From NCBI GenBank assembly GCA_002189035.1, contig NEEC01000002.1, forward strand, positions 4,774,001-4,838,000: DNA of 64,000 bases, in the 5' to 3' direction. Both the position numbers and the translations under genes were made by a program. The DNA is from Utricularia gibba. Its lineage: Eukaryota; Plantae; Magnoliophyta. Position 1 is the stretch's first letter. Each line of letters opens with the position of its first letter. Below are positions 1 through 13,149 of this stretch, in pieces. The notes below the pieces were generated by a model that had not been told where the DNA came from, did no database searches, and worked only from the letters and a program-made list of their open reading frames with translations.

Positions 1-1782
1 TTTGATTATTTTAATCTATATAATTAAATAACTATAGTATTTAATTTTTATTTGATTAATTATACTATATATATTTTATTATTTATGCCAATTGCTTTTG
101 AACACAATAAATTGCCAATAAACTATATATTTAAAGTAAATTATCAATAAAAATGAATACTTAAGGTAAATTGCTAAGAAAATGTAAACAATGGTGAATG
201 GTCAAAATAAATGAATATTGAAGGTAAATTGTTAGTAAAAATGTAAACAAGGATAAAATATAATGAGTGTTCTGGAAAATTTTTAAAATCTATTTTTATT
301 TTTTAGAAGTAAAAATAATTTTGTTCTAGAACACTATTAAATGAAAATATAATTCTATCAAAAACATTTTTAAAATAATAATTACAAAAGTTATTTTTGG
401 AAAAATAAGAAATTTGCTATTTTTACTTTTTACTTCTACTTTTCAAAATTATTTTTAAAAAATAAAAACAATTTTCAAAAATTTTTCAAAATACTGTTAT
501 AAAGAAATAGAGGTAAATTATCAATAAATAATGATAAAAAAAAGTAAATAATAAATGCATTAAAGAGGAAAAGGTATATGAGTAATAAAATTAATATGAC
601 AAGGTCCGGGAAATGGGGTAAATACCCTACTTTTAAAATTTGATTTGTATTTTACTCTATTTTACCTTTTCTTTAGTAATTACCTTGTGTTGTTTGGTTT
701 GTATTTTACTCCATTATTGTAGTAAAATTTTAATTAAAATGCAAAATACATAAATTCTTTTATATCATATTTTGTTTTTAATTATGCATTCCTTTACCTA
801 AAATTTTCAAAATGTAATTTATTCATATAGAATCAGTATTTTATAATGCATATATTATACATTTGTATTGTTTTAATTTACATTTTTTGATAAATAATTT
901 ATTTTGAAAAAGTATTGAAATCTATTTTTACTTTTTGATAAATAAAATAGTTTTTATTATAAAATAAATTTTTTTATTATTTTATTTATATCAAAATTAT
1001 TTCTGATTTTATAATGATCAAATGTTAAAAGTAAAATTAAATTATTCATAATTTTTAACTTTTATTTCTATTTAAATATATTTTATTGAATTAATAGTTA
1101 TCTTTTTCTCAAAATAAAAAGTATGTTTAATGTTAATGTAAACAAAATACAGATTTGAAATAATATATTCATTTATCTTATATAATAATTTTGTTATAAG
1201 TAACATATATTAATAATATGTTTTTTATATAATCAGATTTTGTAAATAAAAATATTCAATCTGATAATATTTTCAATATTTAGTCATAAAATTTATTTCA
1301 TTTTTTATTATTTGTATAAACTATGATTAAAAGCTTATGTATATAAAAAAAATTTCAAAACAATACATCATATTTTATTATTCTTATAATTAGATTTTGA
1401 ATTCTTTAAAAAGGAATGTTGATAAACTATTTGGTAAGATTAAGAATGAAAAAAATCTAAAGATTCAATTTAATTTTTAATAGAGTAAATTATAAAAACA
1501 TTTAATTTAGTCAGTTACATTACAAAGAAATTTTATTAGGAACTAAAACACCAATTCAATATCTCTTGTAAAAGCTAAACGAAGCCGTTATTGTACAAAA
1601 TGAGCCCAACATCCGAGGAGGGACCGTTTTCCCAGGCCTCACGGAATTAATTCGTACTTTCCGGCAACCGAGGTTCAATCAAATGCGCTGTGGTTCACCG
1701 AGCGCAGCTGGGTGTCAGATTTTGAATTTCCTCTTCGTTGGTTGGGTCGAAACATGTCCACCACCCTTCCAGGAAACGTCGG

Positions 1783-1872
1783 GGCCCATGCGCACCCCTG
1801 ACATTGCCCAATGGGCTTTAGCATGGGGCCCAGTTTCTCTCCAAGGGTATATATCCGGTCACATTTAGGGTT
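1783..1872 (+). promoter_or_regulatory. Ribosomal-protein-type core promoter (site II motifs, TATA-like box, telo-box-like motif)
   Basis: GGCCCA at 1783-1788, GCCCAATGGGC at 1806-1816, TATATA at 1848-1853 and TAGGGTT (AACCCTA on -) at 1866-1872, just upstream of the RPL35a ATG. Site II plus telo-box is the established module of plant translation-machinery genes. Confidence 0.6.
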
Positions 1873-1876
1873 GTAG

Positions 1877-2433
<557 letters not shown>

Positions 2434-2434
2434 G

Positions 2435-2794
2435 GTAAAGCTCCAGCTCTTATTGTTTCCGAAATGAACATTAGACACTCGTTTGTTACTAGTATCTATG
2501 CGGAGGCCTTTGGTATCCTTGAGGCTCTATTCTTACCATAGGCTCAGCTGCAGAAGTTTATTCAGACTTGTCATAGCTATGTTTACTGGAATATTATAAT
2601 CCTATCTTGTTGACCAGTTGGGTTCAAGTTTAAGATCAGGAAAAAGTCTTAACCCTAGCATGAGATTGTCTATCACTTGAAACCATGTTTTGAGCCAGAT
2701 TCAATTGAAAAACGAAGTTGTTCTTTAGGAGTAGTCCTAGTGTGCATATCATTTTTCCCATTCACCTTGCTGAAATTCCGTGTTGTGTTTGCAG
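2435..2794 (+). other. Probable 3'UTR intron of RPL35a
   Basis: Donor G|GTAAAG one nucleotide after the TAA; pyrimidine-rich acceptor GTGTTGTGTTTGCAG ending at 2794. Predicted from consensus only. Confidence 0.6.
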
Positions 2795-5700
2795 GGATAA
2801 AGCTTAGTCTGCGCATTCTCTGGAATCACTCGCGTGGGCCGAACTGATTTTTCGGTTTGTGTTCCGTAGTTTTGCATTTTGTCACCAATTTCTTTCCCAG
2901 CTCCTCTTGTTTGGACACCGATCCAATGAACATCAAGCGTCTTCTACCAATTGGAATGAACATCACTTGCAAATTATTAAACTAATTCTGTTCATTTGAT
3001 ATTCTTTTTTAAATATTTGGTACGTGATGTATGAACAAATAATTTTTTAATATGAAAAATGATTGACAATATTAAGGCATGCTGTATGAATTGGTAATTG
3101 AATAACATTTAATGTTTTCGATAATTCATGTCTATTATAATAATTATCGGCATCATAGGAAAAAATCAATATAAAGATAAACAAGTTACGCAAAATTGTG
3201 GAAAAAAATAAATATAATAATTACTAGTGTTATTTGAGAGAATAAGTCTAATGAAATAAATTGGTGACATACTGTTTTTAAACAAATAAATTTAAAAAAT
3301 ATTTGATTTTAGATTTGGTTTGTAAAATACTGCTGGTCACAATGTCAGAATGACACGTTTTATCATTACCAATTGTTTAAATAGAATGCAAAATTCACAA
3401 GTTTAAAATTGAAAAAATAAGTATGATTGTATTTATTTGGGAGTGAATGAGAGGGGAGGAAGGAAGCGATCAACATTGTTATAGCGTTTGGTCGACCCTT
3501 CCTTCCATATACCCGTATAGAATACCACACAATTTCATCCTTTCCTCCATATAAGCATAACAAGCATTCACAAGTCAATCAATATGTGATGTTGAATTTA
3601 AAAGTATATACGAAATTCTTCTAAACTGAAACATCTCTTATCTAAAATATAATAATTATTTGTTTCTTATTGATATACATGTGATTCGTTATTTTAAAAT
3701 AATTTCAATTTATGTTTATTATCTATTTCATAATAACAAAATTGTATTTTTTAAAATATAAATACTAATATAACATTATACAACAAAATATATGTTTATT
3801 AAAATACAAAAAATTTAAAATTGTAGTTACATAAAGTTTAAATTAAATATGATAAAATACAAGATCTGCTATTATATCATATAAATTAAAATAAAAAAAT
3901 AAATTTAATCTAAATAACATATAAGTATCAAACAAAAAATTATTTTAAAATATAAAAATTATATTCGATCCAAATGAAACTTAATAATCGATTAAAAATA
4001 CAAATTTAAATTAAAAAATTGCAGTTGATCCAAATTAGCAATAAGCCTCTATTAATAATAAAAAATTAAAATAAAAAATTATACTCAATTTATATAAAAT
4101 TTAAAACTTTACTAATAATAAAAATTTACAATATAAAAAATATGCATACGGGAGTGGGTTAGAGTAACTCTCCACGTGTTCGTATGCATATATAAAATAT
4201 AAATTATAAAATGTAACTACTCCACACGGACATGGATTACGATAATCCATGTTGGTATGCCACCCACACTCCACATAGGCATAAGTTACTGTAACTGACT
4301 GACATAGGTACGCCACGTAACCCACGTCGGTATGCCACCCTCAACATGGGTGCAGATCGTGTGTGGAATTTTCTATGCTCGTCTACATAGTAGCATAGTC
4401 GACACTAATATCCAATGGATAATCTTGTATTTATTTTTTTTTATTATATCTAATTAGAATCATAGTAATTAGAATTTAAATAAATTAATTTCCGAAAAAA
4501 ATCCAAAAATCATAAGCATATTCTGATTATTCGTTTAATATTTGTTTAAAAATTATAAAATTATCTATAATAATCTAATTATAAATGAAAAATATAAAAT
4601 ACTTTAATAAAAGTATTATAATAATACTGAAATATGCTAGATTTTAATTATAAAATAAGAATTATGATGATAAAAAAATTATTATAATAGGTGATAAAAT
4701 AAATATTAAATTTTGTGATTAAATTTGAATTCTATAAATTTTGTATATTTTATCATTATCATATTAAGATAAAATTTTGTAATTAAATTTGAATTCTATA
4801 AATGTATTATATTTTTATGAATTAATTTCAAATATAAAAATTATAATAATTAAGAGAAATCTATGTTCATGAATGTTTATGAATGATTCTGAATTCTAAA
4901 TAAGCAATCATAAATAATATATCATTGTTTAAAATTTAAAATATCTTACAAATTACCTCTTCATGGAACGTGGAGTGAAGACATTGATAAAGGCTTTTAC
5001 ACTGAATTTATTTCTTGAATTGCGCCTACTTGATCCCAGCTCAGACGAGGATGAGGGAAGAGATGATGGTATGTGTGTGATATCGAATTTCTAGTAGTTG
5101 TAGCCGAATAATCTGTCATCTGACTCCAATGTTCATCATCATATGATGAATGTTTGAATGAGTAGCCTGATGATGTAAAGAAATCTGACAATAGTAGACT
5201 ACTGTCTCGTCTTCAAGGTATCACTTGTATAGAGCCATGACTTGGTGCTTTTGAACCTTGGGTACATTAGCCATGCTTATTGTTACAGATGTTGGTGGAG
5301 CATTCAAATTGATTGGAGTTAATTCTTGATTTTGATTCCATCATCTCCTTCCACTAGTTTGTTGAAATTCTATAGGTTCTTTGTATCTCATTGAGTGAAT
5401 TCTATCCTTTTGAATCCGTTTTCTTGTATGATTTACGTGGAGCTCAAAATGGTATTGGATTCCAATCTTTTTCATTTCATACTAGATTTATGCTGCTCTT
5501 GTAAGTACTCACTAAAAACGTCATTCGATAGTAATCAGAGGTTTTATTTTTTGGATTGACTTGAAAACAATGGCATGCCTGTACATGAATGCGGTATTAT
5601 GTCTTTTAGATATAAAACATTGTCATACAATGCATATTTGGATTTACCTTTTGTGCATAGAAGTATGGATATAGATCTATTTGTCAAATTCCACAATCAC

Positions 5701-7015
5701 ATATTTCATTTATGACCTTCACCATTTAAGTTTCAGATGAACGCGTGGTCTCTATTATGATGTCGGCTAACTGATTTTCAGCATTATACATTGCATCTAA
5801 GTTGAGATAGTAATATAAATGTTTTATCATAGAGTCTGTTAATTTTCTTACAAAAAGGGATCCTTTTTTTTCTTTTTAGCGAGTGCTGCTTTGTATATTT
5901 CAAAGTATTCTCTCCCCTTTTCAAAGGTCATCTATTCAAATACTTGATATTATTCTATTAAAAACTGAAAACAAAATATTTGATTAAAATCTATCTTAAA
6001 AATTTGTGCATTAAGCATCAAGTTTCTTTTAAAGCACTGTTCAATGCCTCTACATAATTCGTAGTCATTATAATATGCCTATTGTATTAAAATATTAATA
6101 ACTTACTATTATTTAAATTATAACTCATTGAATAAAATTAAAATTAGTTAAAATTAGTACCCTCCATCATATAATAAGGTCCACCTTTGTTTAAGGATGC
6201 GATTCATGTACTCATTGTATCATCGAATTCACTTTGGGTTTTTGCATATGTAGTGCATCTGACCATTTCTGATATAGCTGTAGACTTTTTTCCTAGATGG
6301 GATTGTACATTTTTACGAATGTGGAATGCACAAAAACGATGCACAACATAATAAGGGAATGACTATTTGTAATTCTTGTATACCGTCAAAAGTCCCCATC
6401 CACAATCAATGTGATGGAGGTTTAAATCGCCAAGTGCCACGTGGAGGTAGGAAGAGGAGATACTTGTTGATCAACAAATCGGGGAATAGCAAAATCGGCC
6501 CTACACAGATGAAGTTGACCAAGAAGAGGATCTCGATGGTTCTGAGAGTATGTAACAGGTCAACAGACCAGTAGGGTTAGAACTAGGCAATGGCGGCAAT
6601 TTTTGACAGAGTCTGAAAAATTTCCGAATTACATGAATATTAGAGCAGTCGACGGTTATCTGTTAATAGTACCACCACAGTATGGCTACGAGATGCAGAA
6701 AGTAATCGACACCTGTAGAGTTCAATCGAATTGGCTCTCCATATAGATATGAGTAAGTTTGAACAAGAAAAGTTTGACTCCCTACATTTTTATTTGCATT
6801 TTTCATTCATCTCCCCTTAGTGAAACCCATTTTTCGATCCTAACAAACCCATTCTACAACCCAAAAATGGAACCGATTTTTCACCAAATGAGCCGAGTCG
6901 AGTGGGCTTCACACTAGAGCCCCGCAGGCGCAGACCTGAATAAAAATAATTAGAATAAGCATAATCGGCAGCAGTGTATGTATATATATCCCGCTGCTTT
7001 CGCTCAAGTTCGCAT

Positions 7016-9109
7016 ATGGCAGCAGAGTGCCTTCCGAAGGTCCTGACTTCCCGAAGACTCCTCAAGCTCCTCCGATCGGAGAAGACTTTAAAATCAGCTA
7101 TCAGCCTATTGGATGCGGCGCCTGAAGACGCCGTTTCGGCCGACGTATTCTACTACATTCTCCGGCGGGTATCCGTCTCCCGTGACGCAAAGCTCCTTCC
7201 GTTTGTCAACCGAATCGTCGACTTAGTCAGGCGTCGAAGATGCGTTTGCACGGAAGATACCGCGTTGTCTGTTTTGAGGTTCTATTCACGAAATTCACTG
7301 GCGGATAAAGCGGTGGAAGTTTTTCAAAAAATGGAGGAGGTTTTCGGTTGTGAACCTGGGGTGAAGTCATATAATTGTTTGATAAACGCGTTTGTGTTGT
7401 CGAATCAGTTGGAAAAAGCGGAAGTTTTCATTAGGCATTTAAGAGTAATGGGCGTGAAGCCTAATGTGGAGACTTTCAACTTGCTGATTAATATTGGTTG
7501 TAAGAGGAGGGATTTTGGAAAGGCGAGAGAGTTGATCGATACCATGTGGGCGCGAGATCTGATCCCTGATATTTATAGTTACGGCACTTTGATTAACGGC
7601 TTGGTAAAGAATGGCGATTTGAATGAGGCTATGCAGGTATTCGAGGAAATGCTTGAGAGGGATTTGAAGCCTGATGTCGCGTGTTACAATATGTTAGTTG
7701 ATGGATTCTTGAAGAAGGGTGACTGCAGGGTGGCTGGTGAGGTGCTTGCGAAATTAACTAAAGATTCACGGGCTTATCCTAATGTAGCTACTTTCAATAT
7801 CCTAATTAGCGGCTTATGCAAGTGTGGTAGAATTAATGAGGGTCTGGAAGTGTGGAATAGGATGAAGAAGTTGAACCAAAAGATGGATTTATTTACCTAC
7901 AGCCCTTTGATTCAAGGGTTATGTCAGTTGAAGGACATTGATGGTGCTGAGAGAGTTTATAAGGAGATGATTCAAATCAATGTATCACCTGATGCTGTTG
8001 TTAACAATGCAATGTTGAACGGCTTTTTCCAGGCCAATAGGATTGAAAAGTGTTTTGAGTTATGGGAGTTCATGGGAAGTGAGGGTACTCGAAATGTTGC
8101 TAGTTTTAATATTATGATGAAGGGTCTTTTTTCCATCGGTGATGTGGATCGAGCCATTCATATCTGGGAGGTAATGAATGACAGCGGCCATGCTGCTGAT
8201 CCCAAAACGTTCGGAGTTTTAGTGGATGGGCTCTGCAAGAATGGATATTGTAACAAGTGTTTAGTCTTGTTGGAGACTGCAAAGGAGAATGGAACTGTTT
8301 TAGATGCATATACGTATTCAGCTGTGATTCATGGGTTATGCAGAGAAGCAAAATTTGCTGAAGCAGTTGCAATTTTGAATGATATGACCCAGAGTGCCTG
8401 TATGCCAACTGCTCCTGTTTATAATGCATTGATGAATGGTTTTTTACATGCTTCTCGGATTGATGATGCAATTAGAATTTTTCATGAAATGAAGGCCATG
8501 AATTGCTCCCCTACGATTGTAAGTTTTAATATTATTTTAAATGGACTATGCAAGGCAGAAAAATTTGGAAATGCCTACGATCTCTTGATGGAAATGTTGG
8601 ATAATGGATGGAAACCGGATGTGATTACTTATACCTTTATAATAAAAGGCCTCTGTCAGAGCCATAAGGTTGAGAGGGCTCTTGAACTGTGGAATGAAGT
8701 ACTTGAAAAAGGCTTCAAACCTGATGCACAGATGCATAATATTTTGATTCATGGCCTCTGTTCTGATGGAAAATTAGAAGTTGCCCTTTCCGTTTATTTA
8801 GATATGAAAAGATTCAACTGTTCCCCGAACCTTGTGACATACAATACCCTTATGGATGGATTTTACAAGGTTGGCGATTCCAGCAGTGCTCTAATAATTT
8901 GGGCTCGTCTTCTTACAAATGGAATGCAGCCTGATATTATTTCCTACAACATCTCATTCAGAGGTCTTTGCTCTTGCAATAGATTATCTGAAGCCATTTT
9001 GTTCTTAAATGATGCCTTGTCAAAGAAAATTGTTCCAACTGTGGTTTCATGGAGCATACTTGTCCGAGCTGTAATTTGTTCAGGGTGTCAGCATGATCAT
9101 ATTTTTTGA
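7016..9109 (+). CDS. P-class pentatricopeptide repeat protein, ~697 aa, intronless
   Basis: Long ORF (MAAECLPKVLTSRRLLKLL...) with tandem 35-aa PPR motifs (e.g. PDIYSYGTLINGLVKNGDLNEAMQVFEEMLERDLK, PDVACYNMLVDGFLKKG) and no E/DYW extension. The ATG at 7016 is preferred over the GTG start in the ORF track. Resembles the At3g09060 type from memory (unverified). Confidence 0.95.
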   Translation: MAAECLPKVLTSRRLLKLLRSEKTLKSAISLLDAAPEDAVSADVFYYILRRVSVSRDAKLLPFVNRIVDLVRRRRCVCTEDTALSVLRFYSRNSLADKAVEVFQKMEEVFGCEPGVKSYNCLINAFVLSNQLEKAEVFIRHLRVMGVKPNVETFNLLINIGCKRRDFGKARELIDTMWARDLIPDIYSYGTLINGLVKNGDLNEAMQVFEEMLERDLKPDVACYNMLVDGFLKKGDCRVAGEVLAKLTKDSRAYPNVATFNILISGLCKCGRINEGLEVWNRMKKLNQKMDLFTYSPLIQGLCQLKDIDGAERVYKEMIQINVSPDAVVNNAMLNGFFQANRIEKCFELWEFMGSEGTRNVASFNIMMKGLFSIGDVDRAIHIWEVMNDSGHAADPKTFGVLVDGLCKNGYCNKCLVLLETAKENGTVLDAYTYSAVIHGLCREAKFAEAVAILNDMTQSACMPTAPVYNALMNGFLHASRIDDAIRIFHEMKAMNCSPTIVSFNIILNGLCKAEKFGNAYDLLMEMLDNGWKPDVITYTFIIKGLCQSHKVERALELWNEVLEKGFKPDAQMHNILIHGLCSDGKLEVALSVYLDMKRFNCSPNLVTYNTLMDGFYKVGDSSSALIIWARLLTNGMQPDIISYNISFRGLCSCNRLSEAILFLNDALSKKIVPTVVSWSILVRAVICSGCQHDHIF

Positions 9110-10844
9110 TTTTTCAAAGTTGTATTTGCAAGATCCAGTGCCTGGATGTTCCATAACCGTGTTCCAAGGCATAAAGGCCTAAGGGCTCATAGAACCAGAG
9201 ACTTGATTCTTTATGGTGCTTCTGAATTTCTGAATCTATGAACTCATCAGTTGCGTGTACTTCAACAGGTAGGTGTTCAAAACCTTCACGTAGATTGTTT
9301 TTCGAAGTATAGAAATTTTCTCATTATGTCGCAGTCTTCATTTGTGATTCCGTCCCTATGTTTTACTGTGAGTGGGGAACTGAAACGTAACAGGAATCTT
9401 ATCTCATTTTGATTTGTGACATATATATTTACACATTTACAAGAAAATGTTTGTGTATAAGATGATTCTTGTGTACACTTTTACTGGCGTGTGAATGGTT
9501 TGATGCATTGAAAGTAAGAAGGCTTTTGTCAATGGCGATAGTGGTTGCCTCATGAAAAGCTCACGTATGATGCAAAAGCAAAACTGGCTTGATGTATTAG
9601 CTCCATATCTTAGTATTTTATTTGGAGTTATAACTCTTGCTACACTTGGTTATTGACCAAAGTATTTTTCCATGTATCATGTTTCGAATGGCTTACATCT
9701 CGTATATTGCTCTTCTTTTGATTGATGAATGATTTTATACAAGATGGCACATTGAAAAATTCTTTCAACATACCATGTACTGTGGACTCATCTTGTTTGG
9801 AAAAATTTCAGGAAGTCAAATGGTCAAGCACAATGACAAGACATGTCGGTGCAGGCATTTGTAATCTATTCGAGCATGTGTTCAGTTTTTCTTGTGTATA
9901 CGAGCAACACTATTTATTCTACCCTCTTCATCATTCTATCTGTTCAATGTTTTCAGTTTCTAACAACATTGGCTGCTCATCTATGACTTGAGAGACCAAA
10001 TCAATGAAAACCAGCACGAGAAGAGCAAGCTTTCGCTAGGCAGATGTGGAAGAGGCCCAGGCATTGGCAATTCCACTAACTAACACACCAATCAAAGCGA
10101 GGTAAATGTTCCTCCTCCCAAGTGAACTTGCGCTTTTCTTAGCGTTTTCCAATACCTTGCCTGCCTTTTCGCGAGCTTTTCCCATGAAGCTCTTCAAGAA
10201 CCTGCTCCCATTTCGAGTGAAGGGTTAGATTAAATGGACACATCCCATTACATTGATCGGGGGCGTTGGAGGCCTCCATTCATGTCATTCTCAGCTGTAC
10301 TTTAAAGTCATATACCCTCTTCTCACTCTCCAACTTCTTGACATGCTTAAAGTCATAAAATGCCTGCATCCTCCTTTCTCCATTTCCCATTATCTGGAAA
10401 CCTGACATGCTTGAAGTCTCAGTTTTCAGGTGAATGACTGGGCGCATGAAAATTTACAGGCTCTTTCGCCAGCTTGCATTTCCTCCAAGCTGGCATGCTT
10501 AAAGCTCCTGCCGACGACTATCACCATGAGGCGTGGGAGGTTCCTCGTATCGGAACTTGTCCATGAGTAAAGAAACAAGGAGCCTCTTCTTCTAAAACAT
10601 TCGCGTCTTTGAAGGTAAAGAGCGCGATTTCTGCTGATAAATTCTTTGTTTTTCTTGATGAATGATGCGTGGGTTATTGGTTACACTTTGAACCCAAGCT
10701 TATTTCTAATTCCGCTATGGGTATGGGATTTGACTTGGGACTTCAATGTCCCGGACACGAAAACACAACTCCGAAAAATAAGCACGTCGCAGGTTGACCC
10801 AATTTAAAAAGGAAAATGAACAAAAAGAGTCTTGACTCAAAAAA

Positions 10845-12187
10845 CTAGTACGACTTCCCGCAGTGGATTAAGCTCCCGGCTCCAAGGAAAAGTCCAAAAA
10901 CGGCAGCACTTCCCAGTGTTGTTCGTCCAACATGTCTTAATATATAGAACCCCGAACCTGAATGAAAACAACGGAATACGTTGAGAGAACTCTTCGCTAT
11001 GGAACCACATAATAAATACTACACGGATTCAAAAATGGAAATCTGCCCTTACACTCATACAGACTAACCAAAGAATCATGTTAATAGGGAGGGAAAGAAA
11101 CGCAGTATTTCACTTATGGGAATCTTCAGAATGGAACGCGGCCACAATGTTGCTTAGAGATAAAGTTGATGTTATCACTCATAAGGATGGCAGCAAATAG
11201 TTTTCCTGTACCAAAATTTCGACAAAGGGGCATGCTGAGAGAAAAAATGCACCTACTGCAGATGGGCATAAGGGGAATAGACCAATGCTGCATAAAAATG
11301 CATGAGGTTTCCAAAATTACAAGACTCTCTTTGAAGAAACTCACCAAATGCGAGGATTCAGAGAGAGACCAAGTTATAAGTTTACACGGAGAAATTATGC
11401 AATCCAAGTGAAACATGCACAATGAAGAAAGAACTTGTATGCCCGAGACTTCCTTTAGGAGTACACGTTTTTTATGAGCAACACAAAGCACGGCTACACC
11501 GGGAAACCTCAAAAGATCATGACACTAGACCTTCTCGCAGGCAACCTCTGAAAAATATGTCTCAAGTAATAGCCTTTGAAGAAGCAGAAAGCAAAGCAAA
11601 TGACTTGCAATTGAAAGCATAATTCAGTAGTCCCTAATAGGAAAAACCATAATTAAATGTGAAGTCTACCTTGTACCTGACAGCTTCATAAGTTCCGTAA
11701 ACAGCACCTGCAAATGCACGATGTACATCAACACTCGCCAAACAAATTGTATGTATTTCAGCTCACATACGAATATCTAAACCATCCTGAAAACCCCCAC
11801 ATTCGATAAGTCATGCAACGCATAATGCCATAGAAGAAGGTATCCACACGCCTCAAAACCACGAAATTACTCAATCAATCGCTTCTATATCCCAATAAAC
11901 GCCCTGTCGAAAATCCAGGTTCAGAAATGTAGCCTAAAGTCGCCCAAGACCGAAAAACAGGAAAAAAAAAAAAACACTGAGCAAGGCACGCCACAAGATG
12001 ACGAAAATGCCAAAAAACTTCAATCCGCTTCTCAAAATACTCTAAAAACAAGTGTACGGTAATAGGAGGAAAACGCGGGAGGAGCCGTGTTTCAGTTGAA
12101 AATCGGAGGCGTACCGACTGCACCGCCAACAGCACCTCCCACAGCGCACCCCGCAGCAACTCGAGCTAGACAGCTATCTCTCGCCAT
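10845..12187 (-). CDS. ROMO1: ROMO1/MGR2-family small mitochondrial inner-membrane protein; exons 12187-12115, 11707-11670, 10957-10845; apparent 1-nt deficit at the start of exon 3
   Basis: MARDSCLARVAAGCAVGGAVGGAVG|AVYGTYEAVRYK|...LRHVGRTTLGSAAVFGLFLGAGSLIHCGKSY* matches the plant ROMO1/MGR2 family. The exons sum to 224 nt (not divisible by 3). The gene is missed by the ORF track. Confidence 0.85.
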
Positions 12188-12263
12188 TCTTGCTTACAAA
12201 TCAAGCCACAGCAATGCGTATTACGCTGGATCGTGATTCACGCGCGGAACAAGAGCGACCGCA

Positions 12264-12272
12264 CTAGGGTTT
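12264..12272 (-). promoter_or_regulatory. Telo-box (AAACCCTAG) upstream of ROMO1
   Basis: CTAGGGTTT on +, ~80 bp upstream of the ROMO1 ATG. Confidence 0.5.
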
Positions 12273-13149
12273 CTAACAAGAGAATTCAGAAACCAAAGAT
12301 TTGTAATCGAAGAATTAATTACTAATAGGATGTTTGGATAAAAATTAGAGTTAAGTTGTAGTTGTTAGTAAGTTGTGTTGAGTTGTAATTGTAGTTCAAT
12401 TGAAAAGTATATTGTATGTATTTGTTGTATTGGATTTAATTGGAATAATTTTAAGAATGTAAAAAGATTATTATATATTTTTAATATAATCGTAATAAAA
12501 TAACATATTATTCTGTTTTAATATTTATGATATTTATGATAGATTAAATCTTATTTTAGTGAGTTATAATTTCTTTTATAAGAGACTGATATTGAATAAC
12601 TTAATTTTGATGGAATGTGGAAGATCATAAAACCTCCTTAGAGTTTTATTAACGTTGTTATACAATCATCGATTATAAGTTATCGATTTATGATTTTTGA
12701 TTTCTATGGTTATCCATAATTATAATATGTCGTAAGTTAATTGAATATGATACTTGTTATTTTCGACATTTCCATTTAACCTATCTCAAAATGGTGTGAA
12801 GTAATTTCTAGGATATATTTGAATTGTTTTCCATATCATTTTTTATTTATTAATTGCTCAAAGATTTGAGAAATTACTTTGTAAGAATGAATTCAATGAA
12901 TTATTTATGGAATCAAAAACTTGTGTTGACTCCTATTTTTTTTATTTAATTGGAATATTTTGAACTTGAGGTATATTGGGCGAATGAAGAGTTTTGATAT
13001 ACATTCAACAAATTGTAAGATATATGAAGAAGTAGAAATAAAAACTATAAGGATATTAATTGAAGTTGTTGATTGCAACATTTTCTATGGTACAATGTAT
13101 GTGAAAGCTCTATGTCGTACATGATTGTATTCATGTGATCAATGGTTGA

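Noticed and set aside
1-1560. AT-rich region with ~60-bp duplications and MITE-like AGTGTTCT(A/G)GAA motifs
   Set aside because: Low complexity; no paired TIRs with a TSD could be fixed.
1660-1700. GGTTCAATC resembling a tRNA T-loop/B-box
   Set aside because: No A-box, acceptor stem or cloverleaf could be built.
5200-6760. Possible MULE/FAR1 transposase remnants (RHAIV-like SWIM end on -, acidic stretch on +)
   Set aside because: Motifs too degraded to support by eye; needs a tBLASTn/HMM search.
6817-8752. Minus-strand ORFs overlapping the PPR gene, and similar short ORFs over the GDSL and Alfin-like genes
   Set aside because: Antisense or alternative-frame shadows of real coding sequence with no recognisable domains.
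10000-10220. Minus-strand frame GKAREKAGKVLENAKKSASSLGRRNIYLALIGVLVSG resembling a transit-peptide protein
   Set aside because: No start codon or splice context and no recognisable family; the region fits better as plus-strand UTR.
11126-11622. Three 66-128 aa ORFs between ROMO1 exons
   Set aside because: They lie in ROMO1 intron 2, have no family motifs, and are of a length expected by chance.
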